NCBI GenBank assembly: GCA_963666275.2
Contig: CAXXOA010000002.1
Coordinates: 1,024,001 to 1,088,000 of the forward strand
DNA: 64,000 nucleotides
Origin: Oceanispirochaeta sp.
GTDB lineage: Bacteria > Spirochaetota > Spirochaetia > DSM-2461
Reading direction: 5' to 3'
A model generated the notes under the pieces. The model searched no databases. It was given only the letters and a program-made list of their open reading frames with translations, and was not told the DNA's origin. This document shows positions 52,007 to 61,526 of the stretch, in pieces. A program made the position numbers and the translations under genes. Position 1 is the stretch's first letter. The number at the start of each line of letters is the position of its first letter.

Positions 52007-53920
52007 ATGCCACTACTTGAAATCTTTGGAAATATACTCATACCGGCCTTCACCGGAATTATACTCTTCATCTACTTTCTCTATTTTGCCTTTATTGAAG
52101 AGTCAAAAACCAACTCGATCCGGTACTTTACGGTTTTCCTGATCTCCTTCAGCTTTTTTCTTTTCGGAAGGCCTGTGCAGATCCTTTCGGGAGCGCATCC
52201 GGCTCCTGTGATCATTAACAATATCCGAACCTTCATTTTCAGTTCCCTTACCATTCCCATGGTAATCCTGGCAGATTTCTCCCGGCCGGCAAAAGACCGG
52301 AGGTTCCTGTTCCGCCCGCTTATGACGGCAGGGGTTCTGACCGGGGTGATCTACTCCTTCTTCAATACCATAACAACTACAGGGTCTGAGGTCATTTTCA
52401 GAATAGGCAATATCAATGTGTATGACTCGGTGACTCCCAGCAGAACCGGTCCCTTTTACGGGAGGGAAGTCACCATTGCGATCTATCTTGTACTGGCCAC
52501 CATCCTGTTTCTGGATTCCATTGCAAAAATCCAGCGGGCCAGAGGGTATGGCGCCAGAGGGGAGGTAAACCAGAAAAAGGTCTACCTGTATAACATAGGA
52601 AAAATGGTTTTCGCTTTTACATTCTTTTTCGGTGCTCTGGCTCACCAGTGGTGGATCTACTATGTGGGGGCTCTGATAAGCGTTTCATTCCTTGGCTCCG
52701 GTATCGCCCTGGAGATACGGGAAAACAGGGTAAGAATGCAGAAAGTCATTGCCTATATCAGGGAGGACCTGATTCAGGACCTTTCTCTGGATGTTCAGAT
52801 ACATAAGCAGGTTTCGGATATGCTGAAGCTGCTCCAGATTCCCGAAGAAATCAACACATTCATTGTCCTGAAGGAAAATCCCCAGAAAAAGGGAAAAGGA
52901 AGGGAGAAGCCCTGTCTCAGCGATTCGGTGATCAAGGAGACATCTCTCCTCCTCGATAGGATCCTGGGAAGCAATCACTACATTCTCATGCCCATGGGAA
53001 CGGACATGCTGGGAATCTGTCTTCCCGTAGAATCGGCGGCGGATATCTGCCGAAGCGAAACAATACGGGTCTGTGAGACGCTGAAGGGCGTAATGGATAT
53101 CTTCAGTGACTTTGATTTCGGTATAGGACGGTCCTACAAGGGGCTGGAAGACCTGAAAAGCTCCTACCACGAAGCCGTCACGGCAGTGGAGTATGCCGGC
53201 AGGATAGAAGGGGGGCAGGTTGTTCATATTACGGATATCCATGACGAAGAGCCCCGGAGAGAGTATCCCCTGAAAGAGAAAAACGCCTTCCTGGCTGCCA
53301 TTCGCATGGGAGACGGGGTCAAAGCCCAGGAGCAGCTCCAGGCCCTTATGTCTCTTCTCTTCAGCTATGGGAACGAAACGGACAAACTCCAGAAGGTAAG
53401 AACCTATGAGCTTCTGGGGACCATGGTGGAATCCGCCATTGCCGGAGGGGGGGATGTGGATGAACTCCTGGATCTCAGTGAGAAGCTCTTCTCCGAGCAG
53501 GTCATGATCCGCAGTACCTCCCAGCTGGCTGAGTGGCTGAAGCTGCGCACCGATGAGATCATTCAGATAGTCTCCCGTTCCTATTCCAACAGATCAAAGA
53601 ATCTGGTGATCAAAGCGAAAGAGTATATCAGCAGTCATTATGCCGAGGCCATTTCCGTCAGAGATGTGGCAGATGCGGTCTGCATAAGCGAATCCTATTT
53701 TAAATCCATCTTTAAAAAGAGCAGCGGATACTCCTATTCGGAATATCTGACTGTGGTCCGTATCGACCAGGCAAAGAATCTGCTCAACACAACAGAGAAA
53801 TCTGTGACAGAAATTGCCCTGGATGTGGGCTATCAGACCCCGAATTCCTTCAGTTCCCTCTTTAAAAGAGAGACGGGACTCACTCCTACCCAGTGGAAAA
53901 ATCTTCAGAAAAAAGTCTGA
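52007..53920 (+). CDS. Membrane-anchored AraC-family regulator (about 7 TM + YesN-like central domain + HTH)
   Basis: Hydrophobic N-terminal ~240 aa; FGIGRSY..LEDLKSSYHEA; ISESYFKSIFKK, IALDVGYQTPNSFSSLFKR. Confidence 0.88.
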   Translation: MPLLEIFGNILIPAFTGIILFIYFLYFAFIEESKTNSIRYFTVFLISFSFFLFGRPVQILSGAHPAPVIINNIRTFIFSSLTIPMVILADFSRPAKDRRFLFRPLMTAGVLTGVIYSFFNTITTTGSEVIFRIGNINVYDSVTPSRTGPFYGREVTIAIYLVLATILFLDSIAKIQRARGYGARGEVNQKKVYLYNIGKMVFAFTFFFGALAHQWWIYYVGALISVSFLGSGIALEIRENRVRMQKVIAYIREDLIQDLSLDVQIHKQVSDMLKLLQIPEEINTFIVLKENPQKKGKGREKPCLSDSVIKETSLLLDRILGSNHYILMPMGTDMLGICLPVESAADICRSETIRVCETLKGVMDIFSDFDFGIGRSYKGLEDLKSSYHEAVTAVEYAGRIEGGQVVHITDIHDEEPRREYPLKEKNAFLAAIRMGDGVKAQEQLQALMSLLFSYGNETDKLQKVRTYELLGTMVESAIAGGGDVDELLDLSEKLFSEQVMIRSTSQLAEWLKLRTDEIIQIVSRSYSNRSKNLVIKAKEYISSHYAEAISVRDVADAVCISESYFKSIFKKSSGYSYSEYLTVVRIDQAKNLLNTTEKSVTEIALDVGYQTPNSFSSLFKRETGLTPTQWKNLQKKV

Positions 53921-53933
53921 AAAATCGCCAATT

Positions 53934-53982
53934 AATACAATTGGGCCGTTTTAAAATACAATCGAATAGCAGAAAAATACAA
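53934..53982 (+). promoter_or_regulatory. Three AATACAA direct repeats at 21-bp period upstream of dctP (AraC-type sites)
   Basis: AATACAA starts at 53934, 53955 and 53976. Confidence 0.7.
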
Positions 53983-54096
53983 ATTCATTGTTTTTCAGGA
54001 TCTTCCATAGAGCGGGTTCGCAAAACCCGTCATAGCATTTAACAGCCAATTGATAATCCTTTATCGAAAGGCGTAATTAACAAACGGAGGATTCTT

Positions 54097-55122
54097 GTGA
54101 AAAAAAGAATTGTTTTGCTATCTATTGTTTTAATGATGGCCAGTACCCTGGTATGGTCCAATGGTCAGAGTGACAGCGGTTCCGCTTCTGACGGCGCTAA
54201 AAAGAGCTACACCTTTAAATTTGCCGAACTCAACCCCAAAGGTCATATTATGGAACAGGTTGATTCCAAATTTGCCGAACTGGTTTACGAAAAATCAGAC
54301 GGACGGATCAATATCGAAGTATTCCCCGCAGGTCAGCTGGGTGATGAGAAAACCATGTATCAGTCTCTTCAGATGGGCGGCGGCGCCATCGATATGTGTC
54401 GTGGAAACACCAACTCTCTGGGTGACTTCGGCGTCAAGAAACTGACCCTTTTCGGTCTTCCCTTTATTTTCCGCGACAGAGAACACCTCTGGAATGTTCT
54501 GAACAGTGAAATCGGTCAGGAATTCCTGAAAGAACCCCAGGAAATCGGAACCGGTATGGTTGGTCTTTTCTACCTGGACGAAGGTGCCCGTCATATTTTT
54601 ACAAAGCCCGGAATCGAAATCAACAGTGTTGAGGATCTGGAAGGTCTGAAACTCAGAGTTCCCACTACTCAGCTGATGTCCGAAACCTTCCAGGCTCTGG
54701 GTGTTCAGCCCACTCCCATCAGTTTCGGTGAGCTCTACTCCGCTCTTCAGGCCGGTACAGTTGACGGTGCTGAACAGCCCTACTCCGGTTACTTTTCCAA
54801 CAACTTCTTTGAAGTAGCTCCCAACTATACCCTGTCCGGTCATACCTACAGCCCCTCTATCGTTCTTATGAGCGAAGCGGTATTCAACAAACTGGATGAC
54901 GAAGACAAAGCTATCATCATGGAAGCTGCGAAAGAAGCGGAACAGTACAACCTGGCTTCTATCGAAAAACTGGACGGCGAACTGATTGAAAAAATCAGAG
55001 CTACCGGAGCCACTGTTAACGACGTTGCCGACAAAGCTGCCTATGTCGACCTGGCTAAACCTGTTGTTATGAAATACATCAAAGGCCTGGAAAGCGACTA
55101 CGAAGCAATCCTCGCAAAATAA
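54097..55122 (+). CDS. dctP: TRAP transporter solute-binding protein
   Basis: SDGRINIEVFPAGQLG, DLEGLKLRVP, ELYSALQAGTVDGAE; GGAGG RBS with GTG start. Confidence 0.95.
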   Translation: MKKRIVLLSIVLMMASTLVWSNGQSDSGSASDGAKKSYTFKFAELNPKGHIMEQVDSKFAELVYEKSDGRINIEVFPAGQLGDEKTMYQSLQMGGGAIDMCRGNTNSLGDFGVKKLTLFGLPFIFRDREHLWNVLNSEIGQEFLKEPQEIGTGMVGLFYLDEGARHIFTKPGIEINSVEDLEGLKLRVPTTQLMSETFQALGVQPTPISFGELYSALQAGTVDGAEQPYSGYFSNNFFEVAPNYTLSGHTYSPSIVLMSEAVFNKLDDEDKAIIMEAAKEAEQYNLASIEKLDGELIEKIRATGATVNDVADKAAYVDLAKPVVMKYIKGLESDYEAILAK

Positions 55123-55144
55123 GTTCTGACAGGATTCAGCTTAT

Positions 55145-55179
55145 AGGGGCCAGAGCAGTTTCGCTTTGGCCTTATTTTT
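55145..55179 (+). terminator. Intra-operon hairpin/weak terminator after dctP
   Basis: GGGGCCAGAGC-loop-GCTTTGGCCTT followed by ATTTTT. Confidence 0.6.
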
Positions 55180-55190
55180 CAGGAGTTAAA

Positions 55191-55766
55191 ATGAAAACTG
55201 TTACCAAGTTTTTCGATATGGTTTACTGGGTTTTACTTACAATCTGTAAGATCGGATTTGTAGGGATGATTGTAATAACCACCAGTGTCATCATTAATCG
55301 CTATTTCATAAAATCCCCCATGACCTGGGGGGAACCGGTCGTGCTCATGTTCATGGTGTACATGTCTCTTATCAGTGCTGCCCTGGCGATCCGGAAAGAT
55401 ACCCATATCCGTATGCAGATCATCGACTATATGGTGCCCGCAAAAGTCATGCCCGCCATACGGGCTTTCGGTCAGATCCTCATGTTCGGTTTCGGACTGT
55501 TTCTGTTTATATACGGTTGTAAATTTTTAAAAATTGCCAACAGGAATATCATCACGGGGATGTCCATCAAATCCAGCTGGCTGTTCATGGCAGGGCCTGT
55601 TTCGGGAGCCGCCATCATGCTTATGGAAATAGAACGTTTTATCAACTTCTGGCACCGCGTTGCCACCGGACAGAAGCTTGAGATAACCCGATGTCAGGAA
55701 GAGGAAGCCGAAGCCCTTGTGGAAGATGCGGCAGAAATCATCCAACACTGCGAGGATAATGAATAA
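55191..55766 (+). CDS. dctQ: TRAP transporter small permease
   Basis: Four TMs, RY..SPMTWGE, HIRM. Confidence 0.92.
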   Translation: MKTVTKFFDMVYWVLLTICKIGFVGMIVITTSVIINRYFIKSPMTWGEPVVLMFMVYMSLISAALAIRKDTHIRMQIIDYMVPAKVMPAIRAFGQILMFGFGLFLFIYGCKFLKIANRNIITGMSIKSSWLFMAGPVSGAAIMLMEIERFINFWHRVATGQKLEITRCQEEEAEALVEDAAEIIQHCEDNE

Positions 55767-57076
55767 TGGATCATAATACTATCGCCACCCTCATTCTGGT
55801 GGGCTCATTTTTCGTATTTCTGGTTCTGAGAGTTCCTATTGCCTTTGCAATCGGAGTCTCAAGTATCGTAACAACAATCTATCTGGGCCTTCCCATCATG
55901 CAGATAGCCCAGCTCATGATCAAGGGTGTAAATGTCTACACTCTGATGGCTGTCCCTTTCTTTATTATCGCCGGTGAACTTATGGGAGCCGGAGGGATTT
56001 CAAACCGCCTCATCAATCTCTCCAATGCCATTATCGGCTGGATGCGGGGCGGTCTGGCCACTGTGAACGTCATGGCTTCCATGTTTTTCGGAGGGATCTC
56101 CGGATCATCTACTGCCGACACCGCCTCTCTGGGTACGATTCTTATCCCCATGATGGCCAAAGAAGGGTACGACAAGGAGTTTGCCACAAACATTACCATG
56201 GCCAGTTCTGTTCAGGGACTGCTTATTCCTCCCAGTCACAATATGGTAATGTACGCCATGGTTGCCGGAGGAGTTTCTGTAGGACGTCTGTTCCTGGGAG
56301 GGATCATTCCGGGAGTATTCCTCGGTATAGCCCTTATGGTGTTCAGTTATATTGAAGCTGTCAAACACAAGTATCCCAAGGGAGATCCCTTCAATTTCAA
56401 GACCCTCTTTGTAACTCTGGCCGACTCTATCTGGGGTCTCATCACCGTTCTTATTGTGGTCGTCGGGGTTGTCAGCGGTGTGTTCACGGCAACCGAGTCC
56501 TCTGCTATTGCCGTTGTCTGGGCCATCCTTGTGGGTATCATCGTCTATAAGGAACTGACACCTGTTAAAATCTGGCATCTCATGGAACGGTCTCTGAATA
56601 CTCTGGCCATCGTTATGATTCTGATTTCCACGTCCCAGGTATTCGGATGGCTTCTGACCTATCTTCATATGCCCGAACTGGTTGCCAGCGGTATCCTCGG
56701 TCTGACGCAGAATAAAATCGTCATTATGATCATTCTCAATATTGTTATGCTGATTCTGGGAACCATTATGGACATGTCTGCCATTATTCTGGTCGCCACA
56801 CCCATTCTGCTGCCCATTGCCAGAACCATAGGAATGGATCCTGTACACTTCGGAGTGGTTATGATTCTCAACCTGGGTATCGGTCTGATTACCCCGCCTG
56901 TAGGAGGAACCCTTTTTGTAGGTTCTGCTGTTTCCGGCGTTCCTATAGAGAACCTGGTAAAGAAACTGCTTCCGTTCTTTATGATTATGATTGCGGTACT
57001 GCTTGTCATTACCTATGTACCGGAGATCGTAATGCTGCTTCCGGATAGACTGATGCCACTGGCTGTGGGCAACTGA
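55766..57076 (+). CDS. dctM: TRAP transporter large permease
   Basis: AVPFFIIAGELM, FGGISGSS, LIPPSH, FTATES, DPVHFG, ITPPVG. Confidence 0.96.
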   Translation: MDHNTIATLILVGSFFVFLVLRVPIAFAIGVSSIVTTIYLGLPIMQIAQLMIKGVNVYTLMAVPFFIIAGELMGAGGISNRLINLSNAIIGWMRGGLATVNVMASMFFGGISGSSTADTASLGTILIPMMAKEGYDKEFATNITMASSVQGLLIPPSHNMVMYAMVAGGVSVGRLFLGGIIPGVFLGIALMVFSYIEAVKHKYPKGDPFNFKTLFVTLADSIWGLITVLIVVVGVVSGVFTATESSAIAVVWAILVGIIVYKELTPVKIWHLMERSLNTLAIVMILISTSQVFGWLLTYLHMPELVASGILGLTQNKIVIMIILNIVMLILGTIMDMSAIILVATPILLPIARTIGMDPVHFGVVMILNLGIGLITPPVGGTLFVGSAVSGVPIENLVKKLLPFFMIMIAVLLVITYVPEIVMLLPDRLMPLAVGN

Positions 57077-57099
57077 AGCTGCGGATAAAGGTTGATATT

Positions 57100-57879
57100 A
57101 TGCAGAACAATTCCCCTGCCGCCGACGGCCTCTCATCCTTTCCTTCTGTGCCGGATCCCCCGGGTGCTGTTGTGATCTGCCCGGGCGGCGGGTATCAGAT
57201 GCTGGCCGACCGGGAAGCTGAACCTGTGGCTGCGGCATTTGCCGCCCGGGGCTGGCAGCCGTTCGTGCTCCGGTACCCTATAAAGGATGAGACCCGTCAG
57301 GATCCTCTTCTGAGAGAGCCTCTTGAAGCTCTGGCCCGGGCTGTCTCCCGGGTAAGGGAGGAAGGATTCCCTTTTGTGGCGGTCTGCGGATTTTCCGCCG
57401 GAGGCCATCTGTCGGCTTCTCTGGGAGTCCATTGGGCCGAGATGGATGAACGTCTGGCTTCTGAATCTTCCGATGGACAGGCACCCCCCTCCTGTCGTCC
57501 CGATGCCATGGTGCTCAGCTATCCGGTTATTTCCATGATCAATGATGTACATCAGGGATCCATGGAAAATCTTACGGGACAGGATCCGGCGCTGAGGGAG
57601 TATTTTTCTCTGGAACTGCAGGCCGGTCCGGAATCCTCACCGGCCTTCCTCTGGCATACCGCTGATGACAGGGAGGTCCCCGTGGAAAACTCTCTGGAAT
57701 TCTTCTCTTCTCTCAGAAGAGCAGGTGTTTTCAGTGAGCTTCATATTTTTCCCCGGGGTGTCCATGGGCTGTCTCTGGCGACACCGGAAGTCGATCAGCC
57801 CGAAAAGGGTCGTCTCTCCGACCCGCATGTAGCGCAGTGGTTCTCGCTGGCTCTCAGCTGGCTTGATCAGCTCCGGTAA
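57100..57879 (+). CDS. Alpha/beta-hydrolase carbohydrate esterase-like protein
   Basis: ICPGGGY, GFSAGGH nucleophile elbow, D..VP and GVHG catalytic Asp/His. Confidence 0.88.
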   Translation: MQNNSPAADGLSSFPSVPDPPGAVVICPGGGYQMLADREAEPVAAAFAARGWQPFVLRYPIKDETRQDPLLREPLEALARAVSRVREEGFPFVAVCGFSAGGHLSASLGVHWAEMDERLASESSDGQAPPSCRPDAMVLSYPVISMINDVHQGSMENLTGQDPALREYFSLELQAGPESSPAFLWHTADDREVPVENSLEFFSSLRRAGVFSELHIFPRGVHGLSLATPEVDQPEKGRLSDPHVAQWFSLALSWLDQLR

Positions 57880-57916
57880 TATGGCAAACTAATTTCTTGA
57901 GTGATGGTAAAAAACA

Positions 57917-59044
57917 ATGAAAGATGAATTTGATACAACATTAGCTGACTCCCAGGGAACTGCGGTTGCGCCTCTGGCAGCGAAAGACTTTGATCTGGGT
58001 GCCTATGAAGACTATGAGGCCTCTCTGCTGGAGGGATGCCGGAAATTCTGGGATGCCGAAGAAGGGATCGCCGTATACAGGCGATTCCGGGTCCCCGAGG
58101 TTTTCTCCTGGGCCGCCCGGGACAAAAAACTGTCTCTGGAACTGCAGCTGGCAGGTTTGACAAAAAGCCGGGACTATATTTCAGATATCCCCAACTTTCT
58201 GGAGCCCTGGTACGGTATCGGTGTGGTCTCCAGTGCTTTCGGTGTGCCCTATATCTGGCACGACGGGCAGGCTCCGGCTGTAGAGGGACCCTTCCTTTCC
58301 GCACGGGACGCATTGGATCATAGGGTTTCTTCTGTGGGAGAGAGTCCCGAAGGGAAACGGGTTCTGGAGATGATCGAGTATTTCCTGGACCAGACAAAAG
58401 GCCGGGTTCCCCTGAGCCTGGGAGATACCCAGTCTCCCCTGAATATTGTCTCCTCCTATCTGATGGAGTCCTCAGCTTTCATGTTTGAGATCTTCGACCA
58501 TCCGGAGGATTTGAAAGAACTGGTTGATACGGTTGCCACTATGGAGCAGGATTTTCTGGAGGAACAGCGCAAACTGATCGGGGATGCTCTGGCGAAACCG
58601 GGCCATGGTTTTGCCTCCTCCCGGGCCTTCGGCGGCGTCGGGTTCAGCGATGACAATATCCTTATGTTCAGCGATGACGATTACAGCTCTCTTGGAATTT
58701 CCTCCATGAAGACAGCGGCCCGTTCTTTTGAAGGTCCTGTCTTCCACTCCTGCGGCAACTGGGCCGACAGGGCGGAGCTTGTTAAAACGATTCCCGGTCT
58801 CATTATGGCCGACGGAGCGGTGGGAAAGCAGACCGATCCCTCTCCCAATGATCCTGAAGTTCTCGGGAAAGCCTTTGCCGGTTCCGGTGTGGTCCTTCAT
58901 GTCAGGATCGTCGGTTCTTCCGATACCGTTCTGACCTATACGGAAAAACTGAAGCACCCCGGCCTGAAGTGTATTGTCACTACCTACTGTGAGACTCCGG
59001 AAGATCAGGAGAAAGCCTACAGGGGCATTCATAACCTGGTCTAG
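57917..59044 (+). CDS. URO-D/MtaA-fold protein
   Basis: FLEPWYG, DTQSPLN, FEIFDHPE, SDD and FHSCG (HxC) motifs. Confidence 0.75.
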   Translation: MKDEFDTTLADSQGTAVAPLAAKDFDLGAYEDYEASLLEGCRKFWDAEEGIAVYRRFRVPEVFSWAARDKKLSLELQLAGLTKSRDYISDIPNFLEPWYGIGVVSSAFGVPYIWHDGQAPAVEGPFLSARDALDHRVSSVGESPEGKRVLEMIEYFLDQTKGRVPLSLGDTQSPLNIVSSYLMESSAFMFEIFDHPEDLKELVDTVATMEQDFLEEQRKLIGDALAKPGHGFASSRAFGGVGFSDDNILMFSDDDYSSLGISSMKTAARSFEGPVFHSCGNWADRAELVKTIPGLIMADGAVGKQTDPSPNDPEVLGKAFAGSGVVLHVRIVGSSDTVLTYTEKLKHPGLKCIVTTYCETPEDQEKAYRGIHNLV

Positions 59045-59102
59045 GCCCGGAGGGGATCAAAGGGTCCATGGCATTATTAAAGAAGAAAAGAGGAAAAGAA
59101 CA

Positions 59103-60152
59103 ATGAAATTTGATGTTACCTTTCACCCGTCCTGGTGGAATCAGAACCTTGGTATCCGGTTTACAGAGGATTTTTTCAATAACCCCGAATACAGAATCGC
59201 TTCGGATGTGAAGATGAGGCGCTGTCTCTTTGAAAAATTCGGCGAGTGGGGAATCGGAGAAGAAAATCCCGAACCCCGGCCTCTTCTGGGGAGTGATCTT
59301 ATCGCCAGCGGCTACCTCTATTCCAGCCTGCTGGGATGCGATATCAGATACAGCGAGGAGGCGCCTCCCGAAGTTATCTGCGCGGCTCTCTCCGAGGAGG
59401 AGGCAGGCCGTTTCAAAGCTCCTTCTCTGGAGGATTGTCCTGACTGGCAGATTGTGGAGGAGCAGATCCGCTGGCTGCAGAAAGAGTACGGATCCGTCCA
59501 TTCCGCCCTGAACCTTCAGGGAGTCCTGAACCTTGCCCTGGATCTCCGGGGTGACTCCATTTTTATAGATATGTACCAGGATGAAGAGAAGGCCAGAAAC
59601 CTTTTCGATCAGTGTTTTGATCTTTCCGTCCAGGTGGGAAAAAGGCTCTCTCAGGTCTCGACCACTCTCTCCGGCGGTGTGACAGCTATTACCAATGTTC
59701 TGGATTTTCCGGGACTCTATGTCCACTCCAACTGTTCCGTTGAGATGATTTCACTGGATAACTACAGGGATTTTCTGCTGGAGTACGATAAAAAGCTGTC
59801 CGGCCTGTTTCAGCCCTATGGAATCCACCACTGCGGTCAGTCCATGGAGCATGTGGCAGAAGGCTATGCTGAGGTTCCGGGAATGGTTTTTGCCGAAGTG
59901 GGGGCCGGTTCAAAGATTGCGGAAGTAAGGAAAATGCTTCCCGACTGCTGGCTGAATCTGCGGTATTCCCCTGTAAAACTCAGTGATGTTCCCGAGAGTG
60001 AACTCAGGACGGAACTGCAGCAGATGGTTCTGGACGGGGGAGGGGTCGCTTCACCGGTTTCTCTTTCCTGTGTGGGGATCGACAAGTCTGTTTCCGATGA
60101 GCAGGTCTCTTTGTTTCTCAGGATCATGAAAGAGATAGATCAGCAGGGATAG
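59103..60152 (+). CDS. URO-D/MtaA-fold protein (start ATG 59103)
   Basis: QGVLNLALDLRG..IFIDMY, SNCSVEMIS..YRDFLL, GIHHCG (HxC); GAGG RBS. Confidence 0.75.
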   Translation: MKFDVTFHPSWWNQNLGIRFTEDFFNNPEYRIASDVKMRRCLFEKFGEWGIGEENPEPRPLLGSDLIASGYLYSSLLGCDIRYSEEAPPEVICAALSEEEAGRFKAPSLEDCPDWQIVEEQIRWLQKEYGSVHSALNLQGVLNLALDLRGDSIFIDMYQDEEKARNLFDQCFDLSVQVGKRLSQVSTTLSGGVTAITNVLDFPGLYVHSNCSVEMISLDNYRDFLLEYDKKLSGLFQPYGIHHCGQSMEHVAEGYAEVPGMVFAEVGAGSKIAEVRKMLPDCWLNLRYSPVKLSDVPESELRTELQQMVLDGGGVASPVSLSCVGIDKSVSDEQVSLFLRIMKEIDQQG

Positions 60153-60197
60153 CCCGGGGATTCCCGGGCATAGCGGGGGGAGAGAGAGCCGCAGGAA

Positions 60198-61469
60198 CTA
60201 CCGGAATTTCTCCTCCAGCGCCCACAGCCCCAGTGAGGGGTTGGAGACATAAAAAATCTCCTCCCCGCCGGGCAGAATGTTCCAGCCTTCTTTCAGGGTT
60301 TCCGGTCTGTATCGGGACCGGTACTCCTCCAGGTCTCCATAGGCATATCCTATCTGCTCAATATCCTCCCGGCCCAGTCCTCCCGGACAGTAGGTGACCC
60401 TGAATCTATCGTCGGTTGACCCATGGATCAGATGGGCCGCCGCGCTGAGATTTTCTGCCAGTTCCGGATCTTCTTCCACCATCTTCAGTGTGTGATCAGT
60501 CCCTTTGTATCCGAATTTCCGGATAATTCTGTCTATCCTTTCGCTCTCGCCGAAACTGTGAACCTCCGGAGCGAGGATGATCAGCTCTCCCTGATCCGCC
60601 AGGGCCATACGGGTTCTGTAAATTCCCTTGTTGGCCAGCCATGTGCTTCTGAAGCCTTCCTCTTTCAGAGAGACGAGAATTTTTGAAGGGGCTCTGTCGA
60701 GGAGAGTTATATTCACCTGCCGGGAAAGCTCTGCCGCTTTTCTGTAGCACTCTTCATCGTCTCCGATGAAAATTCCCCTGGTAACAGGATTCCCGCTGCT
60801 GTCGGAAGTGATCACAGTCAGGACATAGAGAATAGGCAGGTTCCGGCAGAACTGATCCACTCCCCGGTTGAAAAGCTGCCGGACCGGCGTGTTGGTCCGC
60901 CCCATGATCCCTTCCATTCCGCAGACAGCTCCCAGGAAATGGCTTTTATCAATGGCTTCCTTTCCTCCGACACCGATGACAATGTTTTTGGAGTAGTTAG
61001 CCATCCCGGCAATCACATGGGGAACCACCTGACCTATGGAAAGGATAAGATCCCATGGTTCATCTACCATGGTTCTATTGATTTCCACAGGCCAGTCAAA
61101 GGAGAGTCTGCCCTGGGATATCTCTTCGATAAAGGCGGTATCGACACGGCCCAGCTCTATGAGCTCATCCTTCCAGTTGTGGTCCGTAATGAGGTGACCC
61201 GGTAGATCTCCGAACATCTTCTGTTTCTCTTTTTCCGACATGGGAGTGTGGGTTCCCAGGGCGGGAATGACTTTTTTTACCCTGCTGCCCAGTTTCTGCC
61301 AGGTCAGTTCTGTGATTTCCCCCGCCCGGGAGTGATGCCGGGTAAAATCCGGAGGTATTATAAGGGTGTTTTCCTTCTGAGGGATTCTGTCCAGAACTGA
61401 AAAAAGGATATCTCTGATATCCTGGTGGGAAAGGTCCGTTGTTTTGGAACCTACAGCAGCGTAGAGCAT
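60198..61469 (-). CDS. LarA (lactate racemase) family protein, candidate sugar-acid epimerase
   Basis: IPPDFTR, ALGTH.PM, DHNW, INR, GQVVPH..AGMANYSK correspond to LarA/DUF2088 motifs. Confidence 0.82.
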   Translation of the reverse strand: MLYAAVGSKTTDLSHQDIRDILFSVLDRIPQKENTLIIPPDFTRHHSRAGEITELTWQKLGSRVKKVIPALGTHTPMSEKEKQKMFGDLPGHLITDHNWKDELIELGRVDTAFIEEISQGRLSFDWPVEINRTMVDEPWDLILSIGQVVPHVIAGMANYSKNIVIGVGGKEAIDKSHFLGAVCGMEGIMGRTNTPVRQLFNRGVDQFCRNLPILYVLTVITSDSSGNPVTRGIFIGDDEECYRKAAELSRQVNITLLDRAPSKILVSLKEEGFRSTWLANKGIYRTRMALADQGELIILAPEVHSFGESERIDRIIRKFGYKGTDHTLKMVEEDPELAENLSAAAHLIHGSTDDRFRVTYCPGGLGREDIEQIGYAYGDLEEYRSRYRPETLKEGWNILPGGEEIFYVSNPSLGLWALEEKFR

Positions 61470-61526
61470 GAATATAATCCTTCTGTAATATCCCTACACC
61501 TTAGTTGTCCCTAAGGAATGTGTCAA

